Part shown: one piece after another, positions 1 to 8,712 of the stretch
Numbering within the stretch: the first letter of the stretch is position 1
How the letters are laid out: every line of letters begins with the position of its first letter
Assembly (NCBI GenBank): GCA_963734155.1
Contig: CAVTGG010000017.1
Span: forward strand, 131,705 to 195,704
Length of the DNA stretch: 64,000 bases
Direction of reading: 5' to 3'
Source: an uncultured Acidobacteriota bacterium
GTDB lineage: Bacteria > Acidobacteriota > Thermoanaerobaculia > Gp7-AA8
Notes under the pieces: generated by a model
The model's database searches: none
What the model was told of the DNA's origin: nothing
The model's input: the letters and a program-made list of their open reading frames with translations, nothing else
Translations under genes and position numbers: made by a program

Positions 1-140
1 TGTTGTCCCGTGTATGTTTTGAGAAACAACGACGCGAAGCGGCGCACGCTGCTGGAGTCGCGCGGATACCGCCGCGTGGCCGACGGCGCGCATCACGTCG
101 CGTACACGCGATAGCGGGTAGCGATAGACTCCGCGCCCAA

Positions 141-1947
141 ATGTGCGGCATCTACGGGATGGCCAGCACGTCCACGCTGCGCTATCCGGACGTGCTCGAG
201 AAAATGGGCGAGGCGCTGCGCCATCGCGGTCCCGACGGGAGCGCGGTGCTCGATGCGCCGCGCGCGCGCATCGGCACGGAGCGGCTTCGCATCATCGACC
301 TGCACGAGCGCGCCGATCAGCCGTTCGCATCGCCGGACGGGCAGGTGTGGCTCGAGGCGAACGGCGAGATCTACAACGCCGCCGAGATCCGCGCGCGCTA
401 TCCCGATTATCCGTATCGCTCGCACTCCGACGTCGAGACGATCCTGCCGCTCTACCTCGAGCACGGCACCGACGCGATCGCGATGCTCGACGGCATGTTC
501 GGCCTCGCGATCTGGGACGGCCGCAGCGGTACGCTGATCCTCGCGCGCGACCGCGCCGGCGAGAAGCCGCTGTTCTACACGCGGATCGGCGGCGAGGTCG
601 TGTTTGCATCCGAGCTGCAATGCCTGCTGCGCTATCCCGAGCTCTCGCGCGAGCTCGATCGCGAAGCGCTCGCCGGTTATCTCGCGCTCGGCTACATCCT
701 CGAGCCGCGCTCGCCGTTCACCGCCATCCGCCGCGTGCCCGCCGGCGCGTTCATGGTGTTCAACGAAGGCGGCGAGACGACGACGCGTTACTGGGATCCG
801 GCGAGCTTCGCCATGCAGCCGCGCGATCCGCGCGAAGCGGTGGCGGAGCTGCAGCGCCTGTTCGAACAGGCGGTGACGAAGCAGGTCATGTCCGACGTGC
901 CGGTCGGCGTGTTCATCAGCGGCGGCCTCGATTCATCACTGCTTGCGACGCTCGCATCGAAGGCGATCGGCGTCGACAAAGTGCACACGTTCTCGGCGCA
1001 ATTCGCCGAAGAGTCATATGACGAAAGCCGGGACGCGGCGGAGCTCGCGAAGCGAATGCGCACGCGCCATGTGCCGGTGCGCACGGACGAAGAGACGCTG
1101 CGCGAGGCGCTGCACCACGTGACGACGCGCGTCGCCGAGCCGCTCGCCGATCCGGCGATCCTGCCGACGTTCCTCCTCGCGCGTACCGCGCAGCAGTACG
1201 TGAAGGTGATTCTCAGCGGCGAAGGCGCCGACGAGTTGTTCGGCGGCTATCCGACCTACCTCGGCCACAAGATCGCGCCAAAGTACGAAGCCCTTCCATC
1301 GCTGCTCCGTTCCGCCCTCCGCAAGCTCGCCTTCTCCATCCCGCCCTCGGGAAAAAAAGTCACGTTCGAGTTTCTCCTCAAACGCTTCGTCACCGACGCC
1401 GAGAAGCCGTGGATCGAGCGGCACCTGTCGTGGTTCGGCACCGGCGCGTCTTCCACGCTGCCTCCACTCGTTGTATCGGATCACGATCCTCTGACGGGAG
1501 CCATGCTTCTCGACTACCAAACCTACCTGCGCGACAACCTCCTCGTGAAAGTCGATCGCGCGACGATGCTCTCGTCCGTCGAAGCGCGCGCCCCTTACCT
1601 CGACCGCTTCCTCACCGCCTTCGCCCTTTCGCTTCCACCCGAACTGCGCGTCCGCGGCCTAACAACGAAGTGGATCCTGAAGAAAGCCGCGGAGAAGTGG
1701 ATCCCGAAGGACGTCATCTACCGCCGCAAACGCGGCCTCAGCGTCCCCATCGCCGGCTGGATCAACGGCAGCCTCCGCACCGAAGTCGATCGCCTGCTTG
1801 CGCCCGCACGTTTACGCGAACAAGGAATCGTCGACGCCGACCGCATCGGCGAGCTGTTGCAACGCGCACCGCGAGAACCGCGCAAACCACGCGAAGACGC
1901 TGTGGGCGGTGATCATGTTGCAGTATTGGATGGAGAACTGGGCCTAA
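141..1947 (+). CDS. asnB: Asparagine synthetase (glutamine-hydrolyzing), with an apparent +1 frameshift near 1866-1893
   Basis: N-terminal MCGIYG Ntn-amidotransferase start followed by SGGLDSS PP-loop. The conserved C-terminus ...HAKTLWAVIMLQYWMENWA* is in the +1 frame and ends at TAA 1945-1947. The frame-0 ORF instead runs on to 2186 through a repeat element and is not protein-like there. Confidence 0.8.
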
Positions 1948-2013
1948 GAAAAGCAGAAAGCAAAAAGCAGAAGGAGTTTGATTTCTGCTTTTTGCTTTTT
2001 GCTTTCTGCTTTC
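1947..2013. repeat. Heptamer-unit palindrome (GCAGAAA/GCAAAAA units) between convergent asnB and a minus-strand ORF; probable bidirectional terminator
   Basis: agaaaagcagaaagcaaaaagcagaagg ...loop... atttctgctttttgctttttgctttctgctttc form a long inverted repeat. Confidence 0.7.
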
Positions 2014-2573
2014 AAATTGCCGGCAACGCCTCGATGTTCCCCACCGACCACCCGCCCGCGTGGGGGACGAGCGAGATCCAGTACCACTGGCCGTGCTCGC
2101 CGGCGAGGGAGACGCGGACGAAGAGACCGGCGTGGCCTTTGCGGAAGGGGTTGGGGGCGGGGGCGGAGAGCTCGACGATCATTTGATCGGTGCGGCGGTA
2201 GGCCTTGGCCGAGTCGATCGCGATCCACTGGCAGCGGCTTTCGGTGAGCGTCAGCGGGATCTTGCGTTGCGCGGATTGCATCGCGATCGCGGCCACTTGC
2301 GCGTTCGGCTTCTTCGGCGCGGGGCCGGACAGTGCGGCGATCGTTGCCGGCGATGCGATCGGCTGCGTCGTGCTCACGATCGCCACCGGCGCACCTTCGG
2401 CGACGCCTTCGGCTTTCAAGCGCAGACAGAACGTCTCGAGGATGCCTTGCGGGATCGTGTTCCAATCGGGCGCGAGCGGCATTTGCGGCGGCTGCTGCGA
2501 TGCGCAGGCAAAGCAGAACGCAGAAAGCAGAAGGCAGAACGCAACGCGGTAATGTCCCAGCACGCCATCCCAT
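2012..2573 (-). CDS. Hypothetical small secreted protein or lipoprotein
   Basis: High-GC3, non-R-rich ORF ...FCLLLSAFCFACASQQPPQMPLAPDWNTIPQG...GNIEALPAI. The hydrophobic signal-like N-terminus is encoded by a GCAGAAC heptamer repeat. The start is uncertain (GTG near 2573 or an internal ATG). Confidence 0.4.
2504..2549. repeat. Half copy of the GCAGAAC heptamer-repeat element, lying in the 5' coding region of the 2012..2573 ORF
   Basis: gcaggcaaagcagaacgcagaaagcagaaggcagaacgcaacgcgg. Related to the elements at 1947-2013 and 11072-11160. Confidence 0.6.
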
Positions 2574-2611
2574 TCTCCGTTATCTTTGCCGCCAATCGGT
2601 AGCCAGTTTTC

Positions 2612-4330
2612 ATGATCGGTGTCATCCATGCGGTCGCGCTCGCGATTCTGGCGGTGCTCTGCCACGGCGGAGGATGCGCGGTCCTGGACGCGCTTCGCAT
2701 GCGGACATCCGGCGCCGCGGTCCGCGCGGTGCTGGCGTCGGGTCTCGGCTTCGGCATGCTCGGAATGATCCTGTTCGCCGCCGGAAGTGTGGGCGTGCTG
2801 ACCCGAGGGGTGGTGCTGCTGATCCTGGCGCTCTTTGTCCTCTGCGCGGCGCGCTACGCGCGCGAGCTCCGGCAGCTCCTGCTGCGCACGCCGCGCGGCA
2901 TTGTGCTCGTGCTGTTCGGTGGCTCGCTGCCGGCATTTCTGCGCGCGCTGTATCCGCCGACCGGCTTCGACGCCACGATGTACCACCTTCCGTTCGCGCG
3001 CCTCTTCGCGGAAACGGGCTCGATGGAGTTCGCCGGCGCGATCCGCTTTCCGGTGTTCCCGCAACTGGACGAAGTGATCTTCGCGGCGGCGCTGCTCGTT
3101 GCCGACGATCTGACGGCGCAGCTGACGCAGTGCTATTGCATGTTCGTGACCGCGGCCGCGGTCATCGCCCTGAGCCGTGACGGCGACCGTTCGCGCGGCG
3201 GATCGCTCGCCGCCGCGATCTGGCTCGGAGCTCCGCTGGTCTTTTTCCTCGGCAGCCAGGCGTACGTCGACGCCGGACTGACGATGGCCGTGACCCTGGC
3301 GTTCCTGGCGTGGATCGAATGGCGCGCGTCGGATCATCCTCCGGCGTTGGCGGCCGCGATCGGCGCGTTCGCCGGATTCGCCGCGGCGACGAAATATCTC
3401 GGTCTCTTTTTCGTCGCGTGGCTCGGCCTCTCCGTGCTCGCCGTTCGCTCAGGCACTCGCCTGCGAAGCGTCGCCGCGTTCGCCGCCGGGGTCCTGCTGA
3501 CGGCAGCGCCGTGGTACCTGCGCATCGCCGCATGGACCGGCAATCCGGTGTTCCCCTATTTCGAGAGCGTCTTCGGTGCGAATGACTGGGCATTGCACGC
3601 CGACGCGTCGCTTCACGCCGGATCGCTAACGCTCCCCGCGCGCAATCCGGATGAATGGGTCCTGTTCAACGGCTACAACCTGCGGCTCTGGATCCTTGCG
3701 CTGACTCCTCCGGCGCTCGCAGGCGTCTTCCTCGACCGCCGCCTGCGCCTGCCGTTCGCCGCCGCCGCTGCCTACGCGATCGTCCTCTGGCGATACGACA
3801 CCCGTTTCCTGGTCGCTTCCCTCCCGCTATTCGCACTCTGCGCCTCCGCGGCCGTCACTGCGATTCCGTGGTGCCGTCGGCGCGTGGTGATCGCCAGTGC
3901 GATTGCACTCGTGCTCGTCGCGGCATACGCCTTCCAGATCCGCTACGACCTGCGATATCTCGGACCCATCCCGCGGACCTCCGACGAGCGGGACGCGTTT
4001 CTCGATCGGAGGATCGCCGCGTATCCCGCGTTTCGCGCCATCGCCGGAGCCGGCGGCGCGGGAAAGACGATTTATGCCTTCCGCTGCGAAGACGCGGCGT
4101 ACTACTGGAACGGCCGCTATCTCGGCGATTGGTTCGGGCCGTATCGCTACGACAGCGTCGTGCCCTTTGCTGACCAGCCGGACCGCTTCCCGAGCATCCT
4201 GCGCCGCTTCGGCGCGGAATACCTCGTCGTCTGCAACGCCTACAGCGGACCGCCGCCGGCCGGCGTCGAGCTGTTATTCAGCAGCCCGATGGCGCGCGCG
4301 TACCGCATTCCGTCAGTGCACGAGCCGTAG
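2612..4330 (+). CDS. GT-C fold glycosyltransferase, family 39/PMT_2-like (ArnT/PMT-type) polytopic membrane protein
   Basis: About 11 predicted TM helices and a first-loop Dxx[FY] motif (PTGFDATMYHLP) comparable to the YDEAIF and WDWDEVLF motifs of the paralogs at 58766 and 49253. A C-terminal soluble domain follows. Confidence 0.65.
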   Translation: MIGVIHAVALAILAVLCHGGGCAVLDALRMRTSGAAVRAVLASGLGFGMLGMILFAAGSVGVLTRGVVLLILALFVLCAARYARELRQLLLRTPRGIVLVLFGGSLPAFLRALYPPTGFDATMYHLPFARLFAETGSMEFAGAIRFPVFPQLDEVIFAAALLVADDLTAQLTQCYCMFVTAAAVIALSRDGDRSRGGSLAAAIWLGAPLVFFLGSQAYVDAGLTMAVTLAFLAWIEWRASDHPPALAAAIGAFAGFAAATKYLGLFFVAWLGLSVLAVRSGTRLRSVAAFAAGVLLTAAPWYLRIAAWTGNPVFPYFESVFGANDWALHADASLHAGSLTLPARNPDEWVLFNGYNLRLWILALTPPALAGVFLDRRLRLPFAAAAAYAIVLWRYDTRFLVASLPLFALCASAAVTAIPWCRRRVVIASAIALVLVAAYAFQIRYDLRYLGPIPRTSDERDAFLDRRIAAYPAFRAIAGAGGAGKTIYAFRCEDAAYYWNGRYLGDWFGPYRYDSVVPFADQPDRFPSILRRFGAEYLVVCNAYSGPPPAGVELLFSSPMARAYRIPSVHEP

Positions 4331-6748
4331 CTGGCGCGAGGTCTTCTCCTCGAAGAACGCGCGCACGTCGAGCGCGGGCTTCCGCGAGACCAGCTCGCGC
4401 GGCGATGTTTCGTACCAGTCGCTCGGGAAGTAGCGCGTGTAGCTTTCCTGCGTGAAGCGCTTGCACAGCAGCGCGATCACGCCGATGTCGGTCTCGCTGC
4501 GGATCACGCGTCCGGCCGACTGCACGACGCGGGTCATGCCGGGAATCAGATACGCGAACTCGAAGCCTGCGCCGTACTGCTCGTCGTAATACTGCTTGAG
4601 CAGCTCCTGCTCGAAGCTCACCTGCGGCAGCGCCGGGCCGATGACCATCACTCCCGCGAGCATATCTCCCTGGTAGTCGACTCCCTCGGCGTACATGCCG
4701 CCGGACACCGCGAGGATCAGGTTTCCCTTCCGCGGCCGGTCGCGCAGGATGTCGAGGATCGCGTTGCGCTCGTAGTCGGTCATGTCGGTGCGCTGCACCA
4801 TGACGTTCTTGCGAATCGGCGGCATGCGCTCGGCGATCTCGCGCAGGAACGCGTAGCTCGGGAAGAGCGCGAGAAAGTTGCCGTCGGCGGCGTCGGCGAT
4901 GTCGGCGACGTTCAGCGCGATGTTGTCGTAGTGATCGGCGCGCCGCTTGTACGTCGTATCGACTTCCGAGACGATGACGATCTTGCGGTTGGCGCGCGGG
5001 AACGGGGAGGGGAGCGAAAGCTCGGCGGTGCGGTCTTCGGGAAAGCCGAGGGTCTTGCGATAGAAGTCGAACGGCTCGAGGGTCGCGGAGAGCGCGACCG
5101 TCGCGTGCGCGGAGTCGAAGATCTTGCCGAGGAAACGCGATGGGTCTTTGCAGAAGATCTTGAGCCTGATCCCGTCGTTCGTTTTCTCGACAAGGTGCGC
5201 GAACTCGTCGCCATCCTCGGCCAACAGATTCGTGAACTTCACGAGCTTGAAGTAGAAGTCGATCAGCGGGTCGTCTTCCTCGGCGATGCGGTTGTCGATC
5301 TTCCAGCCGATGTACGCCAGCACCAGCCGCTCCCACTCCGTCCGCTGCGCGAGGAACAGCTCGCGGCTCGGCTCGCAGATCGCCTGTTTGACGTCGTCTT
5401 CGAGCAACTGCGCCAGCTCGTGGAAGTGATCGCGCAACAGCTCGAGCAGCTCTTCCCATCCCTCGATCCAGCAGTTGCGCGTTATGAGGTGCTGCCTGAT
5501 GTCGTCGAACGACTTCTCGTGCAGGTCGGGCGAGTAGTAGCCGCGGCCGCGGTCGACGAGGTTGTGTGCTTCGTCGACGACGAGGACGCAGTCGCCATAG
5601 TCGTTCTCCTGCTGATACGCCTTCAGGCCGACGTACGGATCGAAGATGTAGTTGTAGTCGCAGACGACCACGTCCGCCTGCTCGATGAGCTCCAGCGAGA
5701 CTTCGAACGGACAGACTTCGTTGTCGCGCGCGAGCGCAAATGTGATGTCGGGATCGAAGTAGCTCATCGACGTCACGAGGTGCGAGAGCAGCCCGCTCTT
5801 CTCCATCTTGTCGGAGTAGCGCGCCGCGAACGGGCAGAAATCCTCGTGACAGATCATCTCCGTGTGCGCGCACATCTTCGATTTCGCGCGGATGCGCAGC
5901 ACGCGGAACGAGCCGTCGTTGAGCGCGCGCAGCGCGTTGATGGCCGCGTCCTGCTGCATCGTCTTCGACGTCAGCACGAACAGTTTCTTGCCGAGCTTCA
6001 GCGACTGCCGGAGCGCGGGATAGAGCACGGCCATGGTCTTGCCGATGCCGGTAGGCGCGGAGACGAGGAGCGAATCGCGCTGATACACCGCGCGCGCGAC
6101 GGCGGAGACGATCTCGTCCTGGCCGGGACGCATGGCGTCGAACGGAAACTGCAGCGTGTCGGCGAAGGCGCGCTTCGCGACGCGCAGCGCGGCCGCGGTC
6201 TCGAGTGAGTCGATCAGCTTCGCCAGCGACGCATCGAGCGTGTCGCGGACGCGGACCGGATCGAACTCGGTGTCGATGACCTTCGCCTCGCCGGAGACGA
6301 GATCGATGAGCACGAGCTGCGGCTCGAACAGGAATCCGTCGAGGTCGGGCTGGCTCGACAAAAAGTAGGCGTAGAGCAGCAGTTGATAGAGATGCCGCTG
6401 CAGCTTCTCGGATCGCATCAGCGATTCGAGCTCGAGGTCGAAGTGGATCGACTTCACTTCCTCGATGCTGACGCGCTTCGCGTCTTTGTCGACCGAGAGG
6501 CCGTCGATGCGCCCGGTGATCGTGACCGACCATCCGCCGAGGTTCGTGCGATGGACGACGTGGACCTCGGCGCGGTAACGCGGGTCTTCACTCGCGCGCT
6601 GTTCGGCGCGCTGCGTGTGGATGTCCTGCCCGATCCACATCCGGCGGAACCCGTCGCCGCGCTCCACGCCGATGCGGCGGTACGTCGACTCGTGCACGAG
6701 ATCGCCGACCGCGCAGACGATCTCCCTCTTTTCGTAGTCGACGCGCAC
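4313..6748 (-). CDS. dinG: DinG/XPD-family ATP-dependent DNA helicase with an N-terminal PD-(D/E)xK (RecB/Cas4-like) nuclease domain
   Basis: The N-terminus has ITGRIDGL (motif II), SIEEVKS (ExK) and QLLLYAYF (QxxxY). The helicase core has Walker A SAPTGIGKT, DEAH box VVDEAHNL, and an FeS-domain cysteine cluster CAHTEMICHEDFCPF...CPFE. Confidence 0.85.
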   Translation of the reverse strand: MRVDYEKREIVCAVGDLVHESTYRRIGVERGDGFRRMWIGQDIHTQRAEQRASEDPRYRAEVHVVHRTNLGGWSVTITGRIDGLSVDKDAKRVSIEEVKSIHFDLELESLMRSEKLQRHLYQLLLYAYFLSSQPDLDGFLFEPQLVLIDLVSGEAKVIDTEFDPVRVRDTLDASLAKLIDSLETAAALRVAKRAFADTLQFPFDAMRPGQDEIVSAVARAVYQRDSLLVSAPTGIGKTMAVLYPALRQSLKLGKKLFVLTSKTMQQDAAINALRALNDGSFRVLRIRAKSKMCAHTEMICHEDFCPFAARYSDKMEKSGLLSHLVTSMSYFDPDITFALARDNEVCPFEVSLELIEQADVVVCDYNYIFDPYVGLKAYQQENDYGDCVLVVDEAHNLVDRGRGYYSPDLHEKSFDDIRQHLITRNCWIEGWEELLELLRDHFHELAQLLEDDVKQAICEPSRELFLAQRTEWERLVLAYIGWKIDNRIAEEDDPLIDFYFKLVKFTNLLAEDGDEFAHLVEKTNDGIRLKIFCKDPSRFLGKIFDSAHATVALSATLEPFDFYRKTLGFPEDRTAELSLPSPFPRANRKIVIVSEVDTTYKRRADHYDNIALNVADIADAADGNFLALFPSYAFLREIAERMPPIRKNVMVQRTDMTDYERNAILDILRDRPRKGNLILAVSGGMYAEGVDYQGDMLAGVMVIGPALPQVSFEQELLKQYYDEQYGAGFEFAYLIPGMTRVVQSAGRVIRSETDIGVIALLCKRFTQESYTRYFPSDWYETSPRELVSRKPALDVRAFFEEKTSRQLRLVH

Positions 6749-6766
6749 GGGATCATTTTACGCGGC

Positions 6767-7813
6767 CTAAAATCCGTTCGGGTTGTCCCAGGCCTCTTTC
6801 AGCTTGTTGAGCACGTCCGTGTTCCATGGCTCCGCCGGCGGATAGGTCTGCTTCGCGGCGTAGTGAAGACCGTTGCGGAACGCGGCGGCGGCATACGCGC
6901 GGATGTCGGTTGCGGTCGCGGCTCCCTTGAGGCCGTCGTCGTTGATGATGAGCGGCGCGGACGGGTTGTACCCCGCGGCGCGCGACTTGGCGAAGGCAAT
7001 GCCGGCGGCGACGGCGCCCGGCGTCAGCCACTGGCCCGAATGAAAGTCGAAGAACTCGACCGGCAGCGCAGGCGAGGGACAGTTGTCCGCCGCCTGCCGC
7101 TTGAAGAAGAATCGCTCGCTCTGCGTCACGATGCCGCTGCTCGTGCCGATGTACACCGGCGCGCCCTGCGCCGAGCGCACGATCTCTCCGCGCATTGCGT
7201 TCAGCCACGTCACGAGCTGGCAGTTGTCCACATTGTCTGCAGGCTGATTTTTGACTCGCAGCTCGTTCGCCACTTCCCACAACACGTTCTTGAAACGGCG
7301 CAGACGGTCCACGACCAGGCGGACCAGGCGAACCTGTTCCTGAAATCGGCCGGCATCGGCGGCATTGAAGAACAGACGGACGTTTCCCGGCGCATCGGAC
7401 GGCAGAGTCGGCGGCAGCGTCGGCTCGGGCAATCCGAACACCGTCGGCGAGTTCTCCGGCTGCTCGCCGGCGGCGACCGAGTGGTAGCTGAAGAGGCATA
7501 CCTGTACCCAGAATCCGAACTGGCCCGCCTGATCGACAGTGTTGATGAGATTGTCGATGTAGGCCGTGTTGATGGCGCGTTGCGGTGTATAGAGCGACAG
7601 CCGCCGCACCGCAGGGAGGCCTTCAATTGCCGAATTGCGGAAAAGGATCAGCTTCACCAGATTGACCGGGTATCCGCTGTCGCGCAGATACTTGAAATAG
7701 ATCGGGCCGGCGCCGCTGGCCGGTTTCCCCATGTATCGATCATTGGCGAGGTTATAAGCGCCGTAGCCGAGAAGTCGTGCTGGTATTGGCATGATGGATT
7801 GACACCATACCAT
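6767..7813 (-). CDS. Glycoside hydrolase, clan GH-A TIM-barrel type (GH5/GH26-like)
   Basis: WEVANEL acid/base motif typical of clan GH-A. No obvious signal peptide, and the start is uncertain. Confidence 0.5.
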   Translation of the reverse strand: MVWCQSIMPIPARLLGYGAYNLANDRYMGKPASGAGPIYFKYLRDSGYPVNLVKLILFRNSAIEGLPAVRRLSLYTPQRAINTAYIDNLINTVDQAGQFGFWVQVCLFSYHSVAAGEQPENSPTVFGLPEPTLPPTLPSDAPGNVRLFFNAADAGRFQEQVRLVRLVVDRLRRFKNVLWEVANELRVKNQPADNVDNCQLVTWLNAMRGEIVRSAQGAPVYIGTSSGIVTQSERFFFKRQAADNCPSPALPVEFFDFHSGQWLTPGAVAAGIAFAKSRAAGYNPSAPLIINDDGLKGAATATDIRAYAAAAFRNGLHYAAKQTYPPAEPWNTDVLNKLKEAWDNPNGF

Positions 7814-7913
7814 AATTAAAACTTCTACAGTGTCCTGCTCGCCATGAGCCGTTATTGGGGAACACCGCTTGCAGATAGTGGTGATGTCCGGAAGCGGACA
7901 AATAGGAGGCTAC

Positions 7914-8666
7914 ATGGCAAAAGATAAAGGGCTCGATCCGACGCCCGATAGTAATCCCGATCCAATCACTGGTGAGCCTGGTGCGCACCCTGTAGGCGTT
8001 GCCGGTGGTGGAACCGGAGGTGCGTTGGCGGGCGCGGCGATTGGCGGCGCTGTCGGCGGGCCGATCGGTGCGGCCATCGGCGGAGCAGTCGGCGCGGTTG
8101 CTGGCGGATATGCCGGGAAGGGCGTCGCAGAGACGGTCAATCCGACGGAAGAAAACGCATACTGGCAGCGCGAGCACAAAGCGCGGCCGTACGTACGGAA
8201 AGACACTCCCTACGAGCACTATGAGCCGGCGTATCGGTATGGTTGGGAGACTGCCTCGCGTCCGGAGTTCGCGAATCGCAGCTTCAACGATGCCGAGCGC
8301 GACCTCGAGCGCAACTGGGAGACCTACCGAGGTCCTTCGACCACACCGTGGCGCGACGTTCGCGAGGCGACGAAGGATTCGTTCGAACGCGTCCGCAGCG
8401 GAACCTGGCGCACGGGAGCGGCGGCGAAGAACACCGCCGACTACGCCGGCGACAAGGCCGAATCGGTTTGGGAGCAGATCAAGGGCAACTGGCATCAGGC
8501 CAAGGGCAGTGTGAAGGCGAAGTGGAACGATCTGACCGATGACGATCTCGATCAGATGGCCGGAGAAAAAGAACGGATCGTCGGCAAGATTCAGGAGCGG
8601 TACGGGGAAGCGAAGTGGAAACAGGCGGACATTGAGAACGAGCTTCGCTCGATCTCGCGTCGCTGA
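7914..8666 (+). CDS. csbD: CsbD-family general stress protein with a glycine-zipper N-terminal region
   Basis: AGGAGG RBS 4 nt upstream of ATG 7914. The C-terminus KGNWHQAKGSVKAKWNDLTDDDLDQMAGEKERIVGKIQERYG matches the CsbD domain. The N-terminus has a GGAVGGPIGAAIGGAVG glycine zipper. Confidence 0.8.
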   Translation: MAKDKGLDPTPDSNPDPITGEPGAHPVGVAGGGTGGALAGAAIGGAVGGPIGAAIGGAVGAVAGGYAGKGVAETVNPTEENAYWQREHKARPYVRKDTPYEHYEPAYRYGWETASRPEFANRSFNDAERDLERNWETYRGPSTTPWRDVREATKDSFERVRSGTWRTGAAAKNTADYAGDKAESVWEQIKGNWHQAKGSVKAKWNDLTDDDLDQMAGEKERIVGKIQERYGEAKWKQADIENELRSISRR

Positions 8667-8680
8667 GCAGTGACAACGTC

Positions 8681-8712
8681 AGGCGTGGACGATCTCCACG
8701 CCTGATTTTTTG
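8681..8712 (+). terminator. Rho-independent terminator downstream of csbD
   Basis: Stem aggcgtgga / tccacgcct with loop cgatc, followed by gattttttgtt. Confidence 0.8.

Noticed and set aside
4278-6533. 751-aa plus-track ORF overlapping the DinG gene, with similar long ORFs at 6383..7819, 27003..28862, 52930..54846, 54901..57690, 62201..63949, 16345..17877 and 51273..52601
   Set aside because: These are Arg/Ala/Gly-rich, low-complexity antisense or alternate-frame ORFs of the kind expected in roughly 70% GC DNA. The real genes on the other strand or frame carry recognisable conserved motifs.
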